Part shown: positions 13,513-26,568 of the stretch, piece after piece
Layout: each line of letters starts with the position of its first letter
How positions within the stretch are numbered: position 1 is the stretch's first letter
Assembly: GCA_030390025.1 (NCBI GenBank)
Contig: JASTWF010000339.1
Span: forward strand, 186,001-250,000
Reading direction: 5' to 3'
Origin: Squalus acanthias
Lineage: Eukaryota
DNA length: 64,000 nucleotides
The notes under the pieces: model-generated
What the model was told of the DNA's origin: nothing
The model's database searches: none
The model's input: only the letters and a program-made list of their open reading frames with translations
Made by a program: the position numbers and the translations under genes

Positions 13513-14634
13513 ATGGAAGCAGAAAGCACCGTTCAGAGCGGGGAGAAACTGTACACATCTTCTGTGTGTGGACAAGGCTTCAGCCGATCCTCTGGCCTGT
13601 CGAGACACAAGCGCAGTCTCATCGTGGACTGGCCGTTCACCTGCTCCGAGTGTGGGAAGGGATTCACTAGTTCATCCCAACTTCTGACACACCTGCGAGT
13701 TCACACTGGGGAGAGACCATTCACCTGCTCTGAGTGTGGGAAGGGATTCACTCAGTCATTCAGCCTGCTGACACACCAGCGAGTTCACACTGGGGAGAGG
13801 CCGTTCACCTGCTCCGTGTGTGGGAAGGGATTCACTCAATCAGGCAATCTGCTGCAGCACCGGCGAGTTCACACTGGGGAGAGACCGTTTACCTGTTCCG
13901 AGTGTGGGAAGGGATTCACGTGTTCATCCCACCTTCTGACACACCAGCGAGTTCACACCGGGGAGAGGCCGTTCACCTGCTCTGAGTGTGGGAAGAGATT
14001 CACTCGATCATCCCACCTGCTGACACACCAACGAGTTCACACTGGGGAGAGGCCGTTCACCTGCTCTGAGTGTGGGAAGGGATTCACTCGATCATCCAGC
14101 CTGCTGACACACCAGCGAGTTCATACTGACGACAAACCTTTTAAATGCCCGGACTGCGGGAAGTGCGTTAAATGTTCCGCGGAACTGACGTGTCATCAAC
14201 GTGTTCACACTGGGGAAAGGCCATTCACCTGCTCTGAGTGTAGGAAGGGATTCACTCGATCATCCAGCCTGCTGAGACACCAGCGAGTTCACACCGAGGA
14301 GAGGCCTTTTAAATGCCCGGACTGCGGGAAGTGCTTTAAATGTTCTGGGGAACTGATGCGCCATCAACGTGTTCACACTGACGAGAGACCGTTCAGGTGC
14401 TCTCACTGCGGGGATGGGTTCAGGCAATCATCTGAACTCACTGTACACCAGCGCACTCACACCGGGGAGAGGCCGTTCACCTGCTCTCAGTGTGGGAAGG
14501 GATTCACTCGGTCATCCACCCTGCTGAGACACCAGCAAGTTCACACTGGGGAGAGACCGTTCACCTGCTCCGAGTGTGGGAAGGGATTCACTCAGTCATC
14601 CACCCTGCTGAGACACCAGCGAGTTCACAAGTGA
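13513..14634 (+). CDS. C2H2 zinc-finger protein, copy A: 12 intact fingers plus one degenerate N-terminal finger, no effector domain seen
   Basis: Polypyrimidine tract and acceptor TTTTACAG end at 13418. ATG at 13513 ([12 protein letters not shown]). CxxC-x12-HxxxH repeats with TGERPF linkers run to TGA at 14632-14634, and AATAAA follows at about 14732. The start is inferred, since an upstream coding exon cannot be excluded. Confidence 0.85.
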   Translation: MEAESTVQSGEKLYTSSVCGQGFSRSSGLSRHKRSLIVDWPFTCSECGKGFTSSSQLLTHLRVHTGERPFTCSECGKGFTQSFSLLTHQRVHTGERPFTCSVCGKGFTQSGNLLQHRRVHTGERPFTCSECGKGFTCSSHLLTHQRVHTGERPFTCSECGKRFTRSSHLLTHQRVHTGERPFTCSECGKGFTRSSSLLTHQRVHTDDKPFKCPDCGKCVKCSAELTCHQRVHTGERPFTCSECRKGFTRSSSLLRHQRVHTEERPFKCPDCGKCFKCSGELMRHQRVHTDERPFRCSHCGDGFRQSSELTVHQRTHTGERPFTCSQCGKGFTRSSTLLRHQQVHTGERPFTCSECGKGFTQSSTLLRHQRVHK

Positions 14635-15259
14635 CTGCAGGGGTTGGACTCTGCTGTTATTGCTGCTGTTAATTACATCCCAGACTGAATCGTGTTCACA
14701 CTGACAGCTGGGGTTTGTTTCTGCTGATGTTAATAAACCCTGTAACTGGGCTGGAGTTTAAATTTCTGGATATATGTCAAATAAATCAGCTTTGCTTTAA
14801 ACACATTGTTGTGGATTTTTGTCGTTCCCACCTGAGTGTTTAGCATCACCTGGCTGGAGCTCAGAAAGGACAATCTGGGGGGAGGATCGTACGGCGGGAA
14901 CAGAACTACAGCCTGGACACAGTCCTTCAGGGCCACACTGAGAGGGGCAAACGGCACTTTGGTCTTTTTTGTCTCTCTTCACTGACAGCAATGTCCCCGT
15001 GCAGGTTAATCTTGAGGCCTATAAGGAATGTGTCCCAGCCGCTCTCTCCCATGGGTCAGAGCTCCTAGGCACGGAACAGAAGGCTCCTTTACAACTGTGT
15101 TCAGAGTCAGGAAGAACAACGGTGAATGCTGGAAACATGCTGTCAAATCAGAGATTGATGTCAAACTGCGATCTGTTCCTGACTGAAAGTGAAACAGCAG
15201 GGTTAAGTTTCCAGTCTAAAAATGACTGGTAATTATTCTATGAAGGTTTAACGTGTTCG

Positions 15260-18222
15260 TAGAATCATAGAATGGTTACAGCACAGAATGTGGCCATTCG
15301 GCCCGTTGAGCCCGTGCCGGCTCTCTGCAAGAACACTTCAGCTAGTCCCACTCCCCCACCCTTCCCTTGTAGTCATGCAAATTTTTGTCCTTCAGGTACT
15401 CATCCAATTCCCTTTTGAAAGCCACGATTGAATCTGCCTCCACCACCCTTTCAGGCAGTGCATTCCCGATCCTAACCACTCACTGCGTAAAAAGTTTTTC
15501 CCCATATCACCTTTGGTTCTTCTGCCAATCACCTTAAATCTGTGTCCTCTGGTTCTCAACCCTTCCGCCAATGGGAACAGTTTCTCTCTATCTACTCTGT
15601 CCAGACCCCTCATGATTTTGAACACCTCCATCAAATCTCCTCTCAACCTTCTCTGCTCCAAGGAGAACAACCTCAGCTTCTCCACTCTATCCACGTAACT
15701 GAAGTCCCTCATTCCTGGAATCATTCTCGTAAATCTTTTCTGCACCTTCTCTAAGGCCTTCACATCCTTCCTGAAGTGTGGTGCCCAGAATTGGACACAG
15801 TACTCCAGTTGGGGCCGAACCAGTGTTTCATCATCATTTCCACACTTTTGTACTCGTCACCTCTATTTATTAAGTCCAGGGTCCCGTCAGCCTTTTTAAC
15901 TGCTTTCTCATCCTGCCCTGCCACCTTCAAGGATTTGTGCACACATACCCCTAGGTCTCTCTGTTTGTGCACCCACTTTAGGATTGTACCATTTAGTTTA
16001 CATGTCCTCTCCTCATTCTTTCCTCCAAAATGTATCACTTCACATTCTTCTGTGTTAAATTTCATCTGCCACGTGTCCGCCCATTTCACCAGCCTGTCTA
16101 TGTCTTCCTGAAGTCTGTCACTCTCCTCCTCACTGTTCACTATACTTCCAAGTTTTGTGTCATCTGCAAATTTTGAAATTGTGCCCTGTACACCCACGTC
16201 CAAGTCATTAATATATATCAAGAAAAGCAGTGGTCCTAGAACTGACCCCTGGAGAACACCACTTTATACCTTCCTCCTGTCCGAAAAACAACCGTTCACC
16301 ACTACTCTTGGTTTCCTGTCACTTAGCCAATTCGTATCCATGCTGCCACTGTTCCTTTTATTCCATGGGCTTCAACTTTGATGGCTAGCCTATTACGTGG
16401 CACTTTGTCAAAGGCCTTTTGGAAATCCATGTACACCACATCAACCGCATTACCCTCATCAACCCTCTCTGTTACCTCATCAAAAAACTTGATCAATTTG
16501 GTTAAACACGATTTGCCTTTAACAAATCCGTGCTGACTTTCCTTAATAAATCCACACCTATCCAAGTGACTATTAATTTTGTCCCTGATTACTGTTTCTA
16601 AAAGCTTCCCCTCTACCGAGGTTAAACTGACTGGCCTGTAGTTTCTGGGTTTATCCTTGCACCCTTATTGAACAATGGTGTAACATTTGCAATTCTCCAG
16701 TCCACTGGCACCACCCCCGTATCCAAGGATGATTGGAATATTATGGCCAGTAACTCTGCGATTTCCTCCCTCAATTCCCTCAGCATCCTAGGATGCATCC
16801 CATCCACTCCTGGTGATTTATCTACTTTAAGTACAGCCAGTCTTTCTAATACATCCTCTTTATCAATTTTTATCCCATCCAGTATCTCCACTACCTCCTC
16901 CTTTACTATGTCTATGGCAGCATCCTCTTCCTTGGTGAAGACAGATGCAAAGTACTCGTTTAGTTCCTCAGCCATACCCTCTGCCTCCATGCATAGGTCT
17001 CCTTTATGGTCCCTAATCGGCCCCAACCCTCCTCTTACTACCCGTTTACTATTTAAATGCCTATAGAAGACTTTTGGATTACCTTTTATGTTAGCTGCCA
17101 TTCTATTCTCATACCCTCTCTTTGCCCCTCTTATTTTCTTTTTCACTTCTCCTCTGACCTTTCTATATTTAGCCTGATTCTCAGATGTATTTGCAACCTG
17201 ACATCTGTCATACGCTCTCTTTTTCTGCTTCATCATATTCTCTATCTCTTTCGTCATCCAGGGAGCCCAGACTTTAGTTGCCCTACCTTTCCCCCTTGTG
17301 GGATTGTATCTCAACTGTACCTGAACTATTTCCTCTTTAAAGGCAGCCCATTGTTCCATTACAGTTTTGCCTGCTAATCTTTGATTCCAGTTTACCCGGG
17401 CCAGATCCATTCTCATCCCACTGAAATTGGCCTTCCCCCAGTTAAACATTTTTACTCTAGATTGCTTCCTGTCCTTTTCCATAGCTAATCGAACCCTGAT
17501 GATACTATGATCACTGTTCCCTAAATGTTCACCTACTGACACTTGCTCCACTTGACCCACCTCATTCCCCAGAACCAGATCCAGCAATGCCTCCTCCCTC
17601 GTTGGGCCAGAAACATACTGATCAAGAAAGTTCTCCTGAACACACTTCAGAAATTCTTCCCCTTCTCTGCCCTTAACACTATTATGATCGCAGTCTATAT
17701 TAGGATAGTTGAAGTCCCCCATTATCACTACTCTATAGTTCTTGCACCTCTCTGTAATTTCTCTGCAAATTTGCTCCTCTATATCTTTCCCACTATTTGG
17801 TGGTCTATAGAATACACCTAGTAGTGTAATGGCACCTCTATTATTTCTTAACTCTAACCATATAGATTCTGTCCTTGACCCCTCCAGGACATCCTCTCTC
17901 TCCAGCACTGTAACATTCTCCTTGACCAATACTGTCACACCACCTCCTATCTTTCCTTCCCTATCTTTCCTGAACACTTTATAACCAGGAATATTTAATA
18001 CCCAATCCTGCCCTTTTTTGAGCCAGGTCTCAGTTATTGCCACAACATCATATTCCCATGTGGCTATTTGTGCCTGCAGCTCACTTACCTTGTTTACTAC
18101 ACTTCGTGCGTTCACATACATACACTGTAAACCCATCTTAGACCATTCTGTATTCTCTCTTAGTTTGACCCCACCTAATACCTTACTATTTCTTACTGTA
18201 GTGCTCTCTGCCTCTCCCAATC
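15260..18222 (-). mobile_element. CR1 LINE ORF2 (APE endonuclease + RT), frameshifted
   Basis: ORFs 16622-18220 (YVNARS, ITETW, MGDFN, GNSDH), 16323-16565 (QHGF, MDFQKAFDKV), 15760-16221 (KFADDTKL) and 15392-15763. The 3' tail ATTCTATGATTCTA is on the minus strand at about 15260-15274. Confidence 0.95.
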
Positions 18223-18354
18223 TTTATAATGATGTGCGTTTTGAAATTGTACTTCTAGTCCATATAATCAATTTATACAAAGAAGACAAAAGTAACAATT
18301 GCGTTTGGATGCGAGTCATTTATCCTCCCCTTCGAGCAATGTGTCTTGGAAAAT

Positions 18355-18960
18355 AGGATTACACAGGATATACGGCACAGAAACACACCATTCGGCCCAA
18401 CCAGTCCATGACGGCGTTTATGCTCCACTCGAGCCTCCTCCCGTCTTTCCCCATCTAACTCTATCAGCATAACCCTCTATTCCCTTCTCCCTCATATGCT
18501 TGTCTAGCCTCCCCTTAAATGCATCGATACTATTCGCTTCAACCACTCCCTGTGGTAGCGAGTTCCACATTCTCCCCACTCTCTGGGTAAAGAAGTTTCT
18601 CCTGAATTCCCTATTGGATTTCTTGGTGACTATCTTATATTGATGGCCTCTAGTTATGCTCTTCCCCACAAGTGGAAACACTCTCTCTCTTTCTACTCTA
18701 TCAAAACCTTTCATAATTTTAAAAACCTCTATTAGGTCACCCCTCAGCCTTCTTTTTTCAAGAGAAAAGAGACCCAGCCTGTCCATCCTTTCCTGACAGG
18801 TATACCCTCTCATTTCTGGTATCATCCTTGTAAATCTTCTCTGCACCCTCTCCAGTGCCTCTATATCCTTTTTATAATATGGTGACCAGAATTGTACACA
18901 GTGCTCCAAGTGTGGTCTAACCAAGGTTCGATACAAGTTTAGCAGAACTTCACTACTTTT
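18355..18960 (-). mobile_element. 5'-truncated CR1 LINE, second subfamily
   Basis: ORF 18418-18936 YRTLVRPHLEHCVQFWSPY...RRNFFTQRV...WNSLP is the CR1 ORF2 C-terminus. Confidence 0.92.
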
Positions 18961-20258
18961 CCATTCTATAACAATTCAATTCTATAACAATCGATCCCAA
19001 TAATTTAACCCAATAGGTTAAAGTCTTAAGTCCAATTTTGTCAGCACGCTGTGACATTCGATGTCTGCAGATAACGGGAGATAAATTCTTAAAACTGCTG
19101 GATCTCTTGCTCTGTCATCAACCTCTTATCAAACTGGAGCTGGCATTGCCTAATATGGTCGTCTCTGGCTACTGCACAGTCCAGAGACACAAGTCTGCAT
19201 TTTCTTCAACACACATCAACAACGTCAGAAGCAGGTAAAAACACTGTGGCCTTCCTGGGGCAGCACAAACCACTAGTCTCCAGACTTTTCTTATCCCAAC
19301 ATCATATTTCTGATCGAAACATTCTATGATGAAAATATCCAAGGCCAGTTGGTTGCAAACACCAGCTGTTGCTCAGTGAAATCTCTCTCTCGAATGATAC
19401 CAACCACATTTTCCCCGATATCGAATGAACTAAACATGAACACCTTTCAGAAGCTGAATTAACCAAGGTCCAAATGCCAACAGCCCTCTCATCTTCCATT
19501 CACTTCAATTGAAAGGAAATCGACAGATTGGACCAGTCAAGATTTGAAAGATATTTACAACAGATTCTAGATGTTCTTAGAGTTTGGATCTTTCTCTATT
19601 CTGTCCACTCGAGGAGTTAGATAACAGATTTTCTCCTGTGAATATAGAGCTGGGGTATTGGGCCGTGATGTGTTCATCTTGTTGACTCTAAACCTTTGCC
19701 AATTATTTGATGTGATCTGTTTACTTGTACGTATTGTTTTAAATACACTTGCTGAGTGGATTCAAATTGAAATTGAAAGCAGGCTTGCAGGCGTGATGCT
19801 CCATTCACACATCGAAGGTGAGAGAGATGCTGTGGGACACACGCTAAGTCCAGTAGCTGAAAGTGATTAACAGACTGGGTTTTGTGTTTAGTGATCCCGG
19901 GTGTGTAACCGAGACCTTCCCTGGATACCAAGGCTAGGAGAGGCACTCTGGAAGGTATGGGGAGCTGGGACTTGTCCATGAGAGTAACCGAAGGTACGAG
20001 AACTGAAATAATCTCGAGTTAGAAAGGAGAAAAGGCCCAAAAATGGAGCAGTCAGTAACAGGACATCAATTAGTCTCCTCTTATCTTGGAGACATCAAAT
20101 ATCAACTCACTGTTACTTGAAATATCAAAATATTAAACTCCAGCCCAGTTATAGGGGTTATTAACATCAGCAGAAAGAAACTCCACCTGTCAGAATGAAG
20201 ACGATTCAGTCCGGGATGTAATTAACAGCAGCAATAACAGCAGAACCAGCCCCTGCAG

Positions 20259-20961
20259 TCACTTGTGAACTCGTTGAAGTCTCAGCAGGTCGGATGACTG
20301 AGTGAATCCCTTCCCACACTCAGAGCAGGTGAACGGTCTCTCCCCAGTGTGAAGTCGCTGGTGTGTCAGCAGGCTGGATGACTGAGTGAATCTCTTCCCA
20401 CACACGGAGCAGGTGAATGGTCTCTCTCCAGTGTGAACTCGCTGGTGTGTCAGCAGGCTGGATGATGAAGGGAATCCCTTCTCACACTCAGAGCAGGTGA
20501 ACGGCCTCTCCCCAGTGTGAGTGCGATGATGAATTTCCAGCTCAGACGGGTAATTGAATCCCTTCCCACAGTCCCCACATTTCCACGGTTTCTCCGTGGT
20601 GCGGTTGTGTCCTTGTTTCTTTCCAGGTTGGACGATCAGTTGAAACCTTGTCCACACACAGAACACGTGTACGGTTTCTCCCCGCTGTGAATAGTGCGAT
20701 GTTTTTTCAGGCTGTGTAACTGGTTAAAGCTCTTTCCACTGTCAGTGCACTGGAACACTCTCACTCGGGTGTGTGTGTCTCGGTGCTTTTCCAGTCATAC
20801 TGATCTTTGAAATCTTTTCCCACAGACAGAACAGACAAACATTTCTCCTTCCACATTCAAAGGCCGATGATATTCAGGTCCTGAGTAAATGAGTGACTGT
20901 CAGATTTTGACATGATGTTTGGTTTGAGTTTCCCATCTGCAAATCCTCCCGTTCCAATACC
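20259..20961 (-). pseudogene. C2H2 ZNF copy B finger exon, disrupted
   Basis: Acceptor AG at 20963-20962. Three upstream fingers contain TGA at 20797-20795 and 20638-20636, followed by a +1 shift near 20606. Then TEKPWKC and four fingers (the last with H to L) run to the stop at 20259. Confidence 0.85.
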
Positions 20962-21164
20962 CTATAAAAGGAGTTTACAAAATTCATCACTCTAAGTACA
21001 AGACAGAAATTCAGAACAGACAATTTTAGTTTCTATCAAACATTCTTTCCTCTTGTTCCCCCAAAGCTGTAAATCCCCGTCCCACATATTGTCCCTCCTC
21101 CCTGTGCTAAAATCCAAAGACGACTCAAGATAGTTTGTCCTCCGCTCCCAGTTTTCAGTATAAT

Positions 21165-21695
21165 CAGTTCTACACTCACTGGTTCTCCTCCCCCGAAGGT
21201 GCTCATTCTGGCTAGGTTCAGTTCTACACTCATTGGGTCCCCTCCCTCTCCTCTCCTGAAGCTGCTGACTCTGGCTGGGTTCAGTTCTACACTCATTGGG
21301 TCCCCTCCCTCTCCTCTCCTGAAGGTGCTGACTCTGGCTGGGGTCAGTTCTACACTCACTGGTTCCCCTCCCTCTCCTCCCCTGAAGGTGCTGGCTCTGG
21401 CTGGGTTCAGTTCTACACTCACTGGTTCCCCTCCCTCTCCTCCCCTGAAGGTGCTGACTCTGGCTGGGTTCAGTTCTACACTCACTGGTTCCCTCTCTCT
21501 CCTCCCCTGAAGGACACTCACTGGTTCCCCTCCCTCTCCTCCCCTGAAGGTGCTGACTCTGGCTGGGTTCAGTTCTACACTCACTGGTTCCCCTCTCTCT
21601 CCTCCCCTGAAGGTGCTGACTCTGGCTGGGTTCAGTTCTACACTCACTGGTTCCCCTCCCTGTCCTCTCCTGAAGGTGCTGACTCTGGCTGGGTC
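21165..21695. repeat. 63-bp minisatellite in the first-intron position of ZNF B
   Basis: CAGTTCTACACTCACTGGTTCCCCTCCCTCTCCTCCCCTGAAGGTGCTGACTCTGGCTGGGTT, about 8 units. The same family occurs at 57425-57707 and 58470-58860. Confidence 0.95.
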
Positions 21696-21799
21696 ACTAC
21701 CACACTTAAGGGGACCCTGAGGACCTGCCCACGTTTGGGTCCTTTACAAAGATGGCCATACGAATAAAGATGGCGATGAATAAAGACAATGCTTTCCTT

Positions 21800-23944
21800 T
21801 ACAAAATAACAACAGAAAATGCTGGAAAAACTCAGCAGGCCAGACAACATCCGTGGAGAGAGAAAGAGAGTTAACGTTTCAGGTCGAAACCCTTCGTCGG
21901 AACTGAAAGAGCAGGAAATAAACAGATAAAAATGCAAGGGGGAGGCTGGGGGGAGGAATAAAAGAACAAAAGGGATGGTCTTTAGTAAGTAGAGACATTG
22001 AGAGATGCTCAAGGCAAGACGAGATGGTAATGGGACAGATTGAGAAACAAAAGGTAAGGTGTGAAATGCTGGCAGAATCAGAGACAGCTGCCGTGGGGGG
22101 AGAGAGAGAAAAAAAAAAGGAAAAAGGCACGGACCAAAAGAGTGGATAAAATGTATACATATGTGGTAGGGGCCGCGGTTATTATCTGAAATTGTTGAAC
22201 TCGATATTGAGTCCGGAAGGCTGTAAAGTGCCTAAACGGAAGATGAGGTGCTGTTCCTGGAGCTTACGCTGCGCTTCCGTGGAACAATGCAAGAGGCCGA
22301 GGACGGTGAGGTCTGAGTGAGCGTGGAGAGGTGAATTAAAATGACAGGCGACCGGAAGCTCGGGGTCACCCTTACGGACTGAACGGAGGTGTTCCGCAAA
22401 GCGGTCACCCAATCCGTGTTTGGTCTCCCCAATGTAGAGGAGACCACATCATGAGCAGCGAATACAGTATACTAGATTGCAAGAAGTACAAGTAAATCGC
22501 TGTTTCACCTGGAAGGGGTGTTTGGGGCCCTGGAGAGTGGGAAGGGGGGATGTATAAGGGCAGGTGTTGCATCTCCTGCGCTTGCACGGGAAGGTGCCGG
22601 GTGAAGGGGAAGGGGTGCTGGGGGTGATAGAGGAGTGGACTAGGGTGTCTCGGAGGGAGCGGCCCTACGGAATGCTGAAAGGGGAGGTGAGGGGAAGATA
22701 CGTTTGGTGGTGGGATCACGTTGGAAATGGCGGAGGATGATCCGTTGAATGTGGAGGCTGGTGGGGTGAAAGGTGAGGACAAGGGGAACTCTATCGTGGT
22801 TCCGGGAGGGAGGGGCCGGGGTGAGGGCAGAAGTGCGGGAGATGGAACGGACACGGTCGAGGCCGTGTCGACCACGGTAGAGGGGAATCCTCGGTTGAGG
22901 AAAAAGGAAGACATGTCGGAAGCACTGGTATGGAAGGTGGCATCGTCGGAGCAGATGCGGCGGAGACGGAGAAACTGGGAGAAGGGAATAGAGTCCTTAC
23001 AGGAGGCGGGGTGGGAGGAAGTGTAGTCCAGGTAGCTGTGGGAGTCAGTGGGCTTGTAGTGAATGTTGGTCAATAACTTATCCCCAGAGATGGAGACGGA
23101 GAAGTCAAGGAAGGGGAGGGAAGAGTCGGAGATGGACCATGTGAAGGTGAGGGAAGGGTGGAAATTGGAGGCAAAGTGAATGAAATTGTCTAGTTCGGGG
23201 CGAGAGCAGGAAACGGCACCGATACAGTCGTCAATGTACCGGAAAAAGAGGTGAGGGAGGGGACCCGAGTAGGACTGGAACAAAGAGTGTTCCACATATC
23301 CCACGAAAAGGCAGGCATAGCTAGGACCCATGCAGGTACCCATAGCAACACCTTTGATGTGGAGGAAATGAGTGGAGTCAAAGGAGAAGTTGTTCAATGT
23401 GAGAACAAGTTCAGCCAGGCAGAGGAGGGTGGCGGTGGATGGGGACTGGTTGGGCCTCTGTTCAAGGAAGAAGCGGAGCGCCCTCAGGCCATCCTGGTGG
23501 TGGATGGAGGTGTAGAGGGATTGTACGTCCATGGTGAAAAGGAGGCGGTTGGGGCCTGGAAACTGTTAAACTGGCGGAGGGCGTCAGAGGAATCGCGGAT
23601 GTAGGTGGGAAGGGACTGGACAAGGGGAGAAAAAATAGAATCGAGATAGGAAGAGATAAGTTCCGTGGGGCAAGAGCAGGCTGAAACGATGGGTCTACCA
23701 GGGCAGTCCTGTTTGTGGATCTTGGGAAGGAGGTAGAAGCGGGCTGTGCGGGGTTGGGGAACTATGAGGTTGGCGGCCGTGGCGGGATGATCTCAAGAGG
23801 AGATGAGGTCAGTGACAGTCTTGGACACAGTGGCTTGATGTTCTGTAGTGGGGTCATGGTCCAGGTGGAGGTAGGAGGAGGTATCGGAGAGTTGGCGTTC
23901 AACTTCCGCTAGGTAGAGGTCGGTTCGCCAAACAACAACAGCAA
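21800..23944 (-). mobile_element. Penelope-like retroelement (Neptune-type), 5'-truncated and frameshifted
   Basis: RT motifs LPKIHK, PGRPIVS, MDVQSLYTSI, GVAMGT and FFRYIDD. Cys-rich linker CKRRRCNTC. GIY-YIG region GDRFAEHLRSV...PVACHFN...QPSGLN. Ribozyme-like motif in the 3' end. Confidence 0.92.
21869..21904 (-). ncRNA. Minimal type I hammerhead ribozyme motif in the PLE 3' end
   Basis: Minus strand reads AGTT-CCGACGA-A-GGGT(TTCG)ACCT-GAAA-CGTT-AACT: stem I AGTT/AACT, stem II with a UUCG loop, and palindromic AACGTT at stem III. Confidence 0.7.
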
Positions 23945-26568
23945 CTGACTGTCTCTGTTTAAATTACTCTGGACCCTGTCTTTGTTTATATTACACTAGA
24001 CCCTGTCTCTGTTTATATTACACTACACCCTGTCTCTGTTTATATTACACTAGACCCAGTCTCTGTTTATATTACACTAGACCCTGTCTCTGTTTATATT
24101 ACACTAGACCCAGTCTCTGTTTATATTACACTAGACCCAGTCTCTGTTTATATTACACTAGACCCTGTCTCTGTTTATATTACACTAGACCCAGTCTCTG
24201 TTTATATTACACGAGGCCCTGTCTCTCTTTATATTACACTCGACCCTGTCTCTGTTTATGTTACACAAGACCATGCCTCTGTTTATATCACACTAGACCC
24301 TGTCTCTGTTTATGTTACACTCGACCCTGTCTCTGTTTATGTTACACTAGATCCTGTCTCTGTTTATATTACTCTCGACCCTGTCTCTGTTTATATTACA
24401 CTAGACCCTGTCTCTGTTTATATTACACTAGACCCTGTCTCTGTGTATATTACACTAGACCCTGTCTCTGTTTATATTACACTAGACCCTGTCTCTCTTT
24501 ATATTACACTAGACCCTGTCTCTGTTTATATTACACCAGACCTTGTCTCTGTTTATATTACACTAGACACTGTCTCTCTTTATATTACAGCATACCCTGT
24601 CTCTGTTTATATTACACGAGACCCTGTCTCTGTTTATATTACACTAGACCCTGTCTCTGTTTATGTTACACTCAACCCTGTCTCTGTTTATGTTACGCTC
24701 GATCCTGTCTCTGTTTGTATTACTCTAGACCCTGTCTCTGTTTATATTACACTAGACCCTGTCTCTGTTTATATTACACTGGACCCTGTCACTGTTTATA
24801 TTACACTCGACCCTGTCTCTGTTTATATTACACTAGACCCTGTCTCTGTGTATATTACACTAGACCCTGTCTCTGTTTATATTACACTAGACCCTGTCTC
24901 TCTTTATATTACACTAGACCCTGTCTCTGTTTATATTACACCAGACCTTGTCTCTGTTTATATTACACGAGATCCTGTCTCTGTTTATATTACACTAGAC
25001 CCTGTCTCTGTTTATGTTACACTCAACCCTGTCTCTGTTTATGTTACGCTAGATCCTGTCTCTGTTTGTATTACTCTAGACCCTGTCTCTGTTTATATTA
25101 CACTAGACCCTGTCTCTGTTTATATTACACTGGACCCTGTCACTGTTTATATTACACTAGACCCTGTCTCTGTTTATATTACACTAGACACTGTCTCTGT
25201 TTACATTACACTAGACCCTGTCTCTGTTTATATTACACAAGACCCTGTCTCTGTTTATGTTACACTAGACTATGTTTCTGTTTATATCACACTAGATCCT
25301 GTCTCTGTTTATATTACACTTGACCCTGTCTCTCTTTCTATCACACTGGACCCTGTCTCTGTTTATGTTACACGATACCCTGTCTCTGTATATATTACAC
25401 TCGACCCTGTCTCTGTTTATGTTACGCTAGATCCTGTCTCTGTTTATATTACTCTAGACCCTGTCTCTGTTTATATTACACTAGACCCTGTCTCTGTTTA
25501 TATTACTTTAGACCCTGTCTCTGTTTATATTACACTAGACCCTGTCTCTGTTTATATTACACTTGACCCTGTCTGTGTTTGTATTACACTAGACCCTGTC
25601 TCTGTTTATATCACACTAGACCCTGTCTCTGTTTATATTACACTGAACCCTGTTTCTTTTGATATCACACTGGACCCTGACTCTGTTTATATTACACGAG
25701 ACCCTGTCTCTGTTTATATTACACGAGACCCTGTCTCTGTTGATATTACATAGACCCTGTCTCTTTTTATATTACACTAGACCCTGTCTCTGTTTATATT
25801 ACACAAGACCCTGTCTCTCTTTATATTACACTCGATCCTGCCTCTGTTGATATTACACTAGACCCTGGCCCTCTTTATATTACACTAGACCCTGTCTCTG
25901 TTTATATTACACTAGACCCTGTCTCTCTTTATATTACACTCGATCCTGCCTCTGTTTATATTACACTAGACCCTGGCCCTCTTTATATTGCACTAGGCCC
26001 TGTCTCTGTTTATATTACACTGGACCCTGTCTCTCTTTATATTACACTCGATCCTGTCTCTGTTTATATTACACTAGACCCTGTCTCTGTTTATGTTGCA
26101 CTCGACCCTGTCTCTGTTTATGTTACACTAGACCCTGTCTCTGTTTATATTACACTAGGCCCTGTCTCTCTTTATATTACACTAGACCCTGTCTCTGTTT
26201 ATATTACACGAGACCCTGGGGGAAAAATTAGGTCGCGCCCCGTTTGGGGCGCAAATATCGTCTGGACGCAAATATTAGCGCCTGACGCTAATTATCGCCA
26301 CTGACTGGAAACTTCACTTTTACCGCCCCGGGAGTTGAGTGGAGCGCTAAATCAGGCACTGCACACCTGTCTTAAGGCGCAAAGGCCGAGCAGTGAGGCG
26401 CTAACTCAGCGCGCGAGCGCAGCGCAGGTGCTGCCAGTTAGCGAGGGAACACCGGCCAGTTCTTAAAGCGGGGGGGGGGGGGGGCAACTTGCTCCCCAGC
26501 CACACCCTGCTCATTGCAGCCTTGAATCTCGGCCTGGAGAGACCTGTGAATCCATTTTGCTGCCAAGG

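Larger units (their letters stand above)
9205..15975 (+). repeat. Segmental duplication arm A; inverted copy at about 48560-54870
   Basis: Reverse-complement matches run collinearly: 30-bp repeat, 9920-11040 block, promoter, 27-bp intronic repeat, LINE fragment, finger exon, 3' region and CR1 3' end. Confidence 0.93.
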
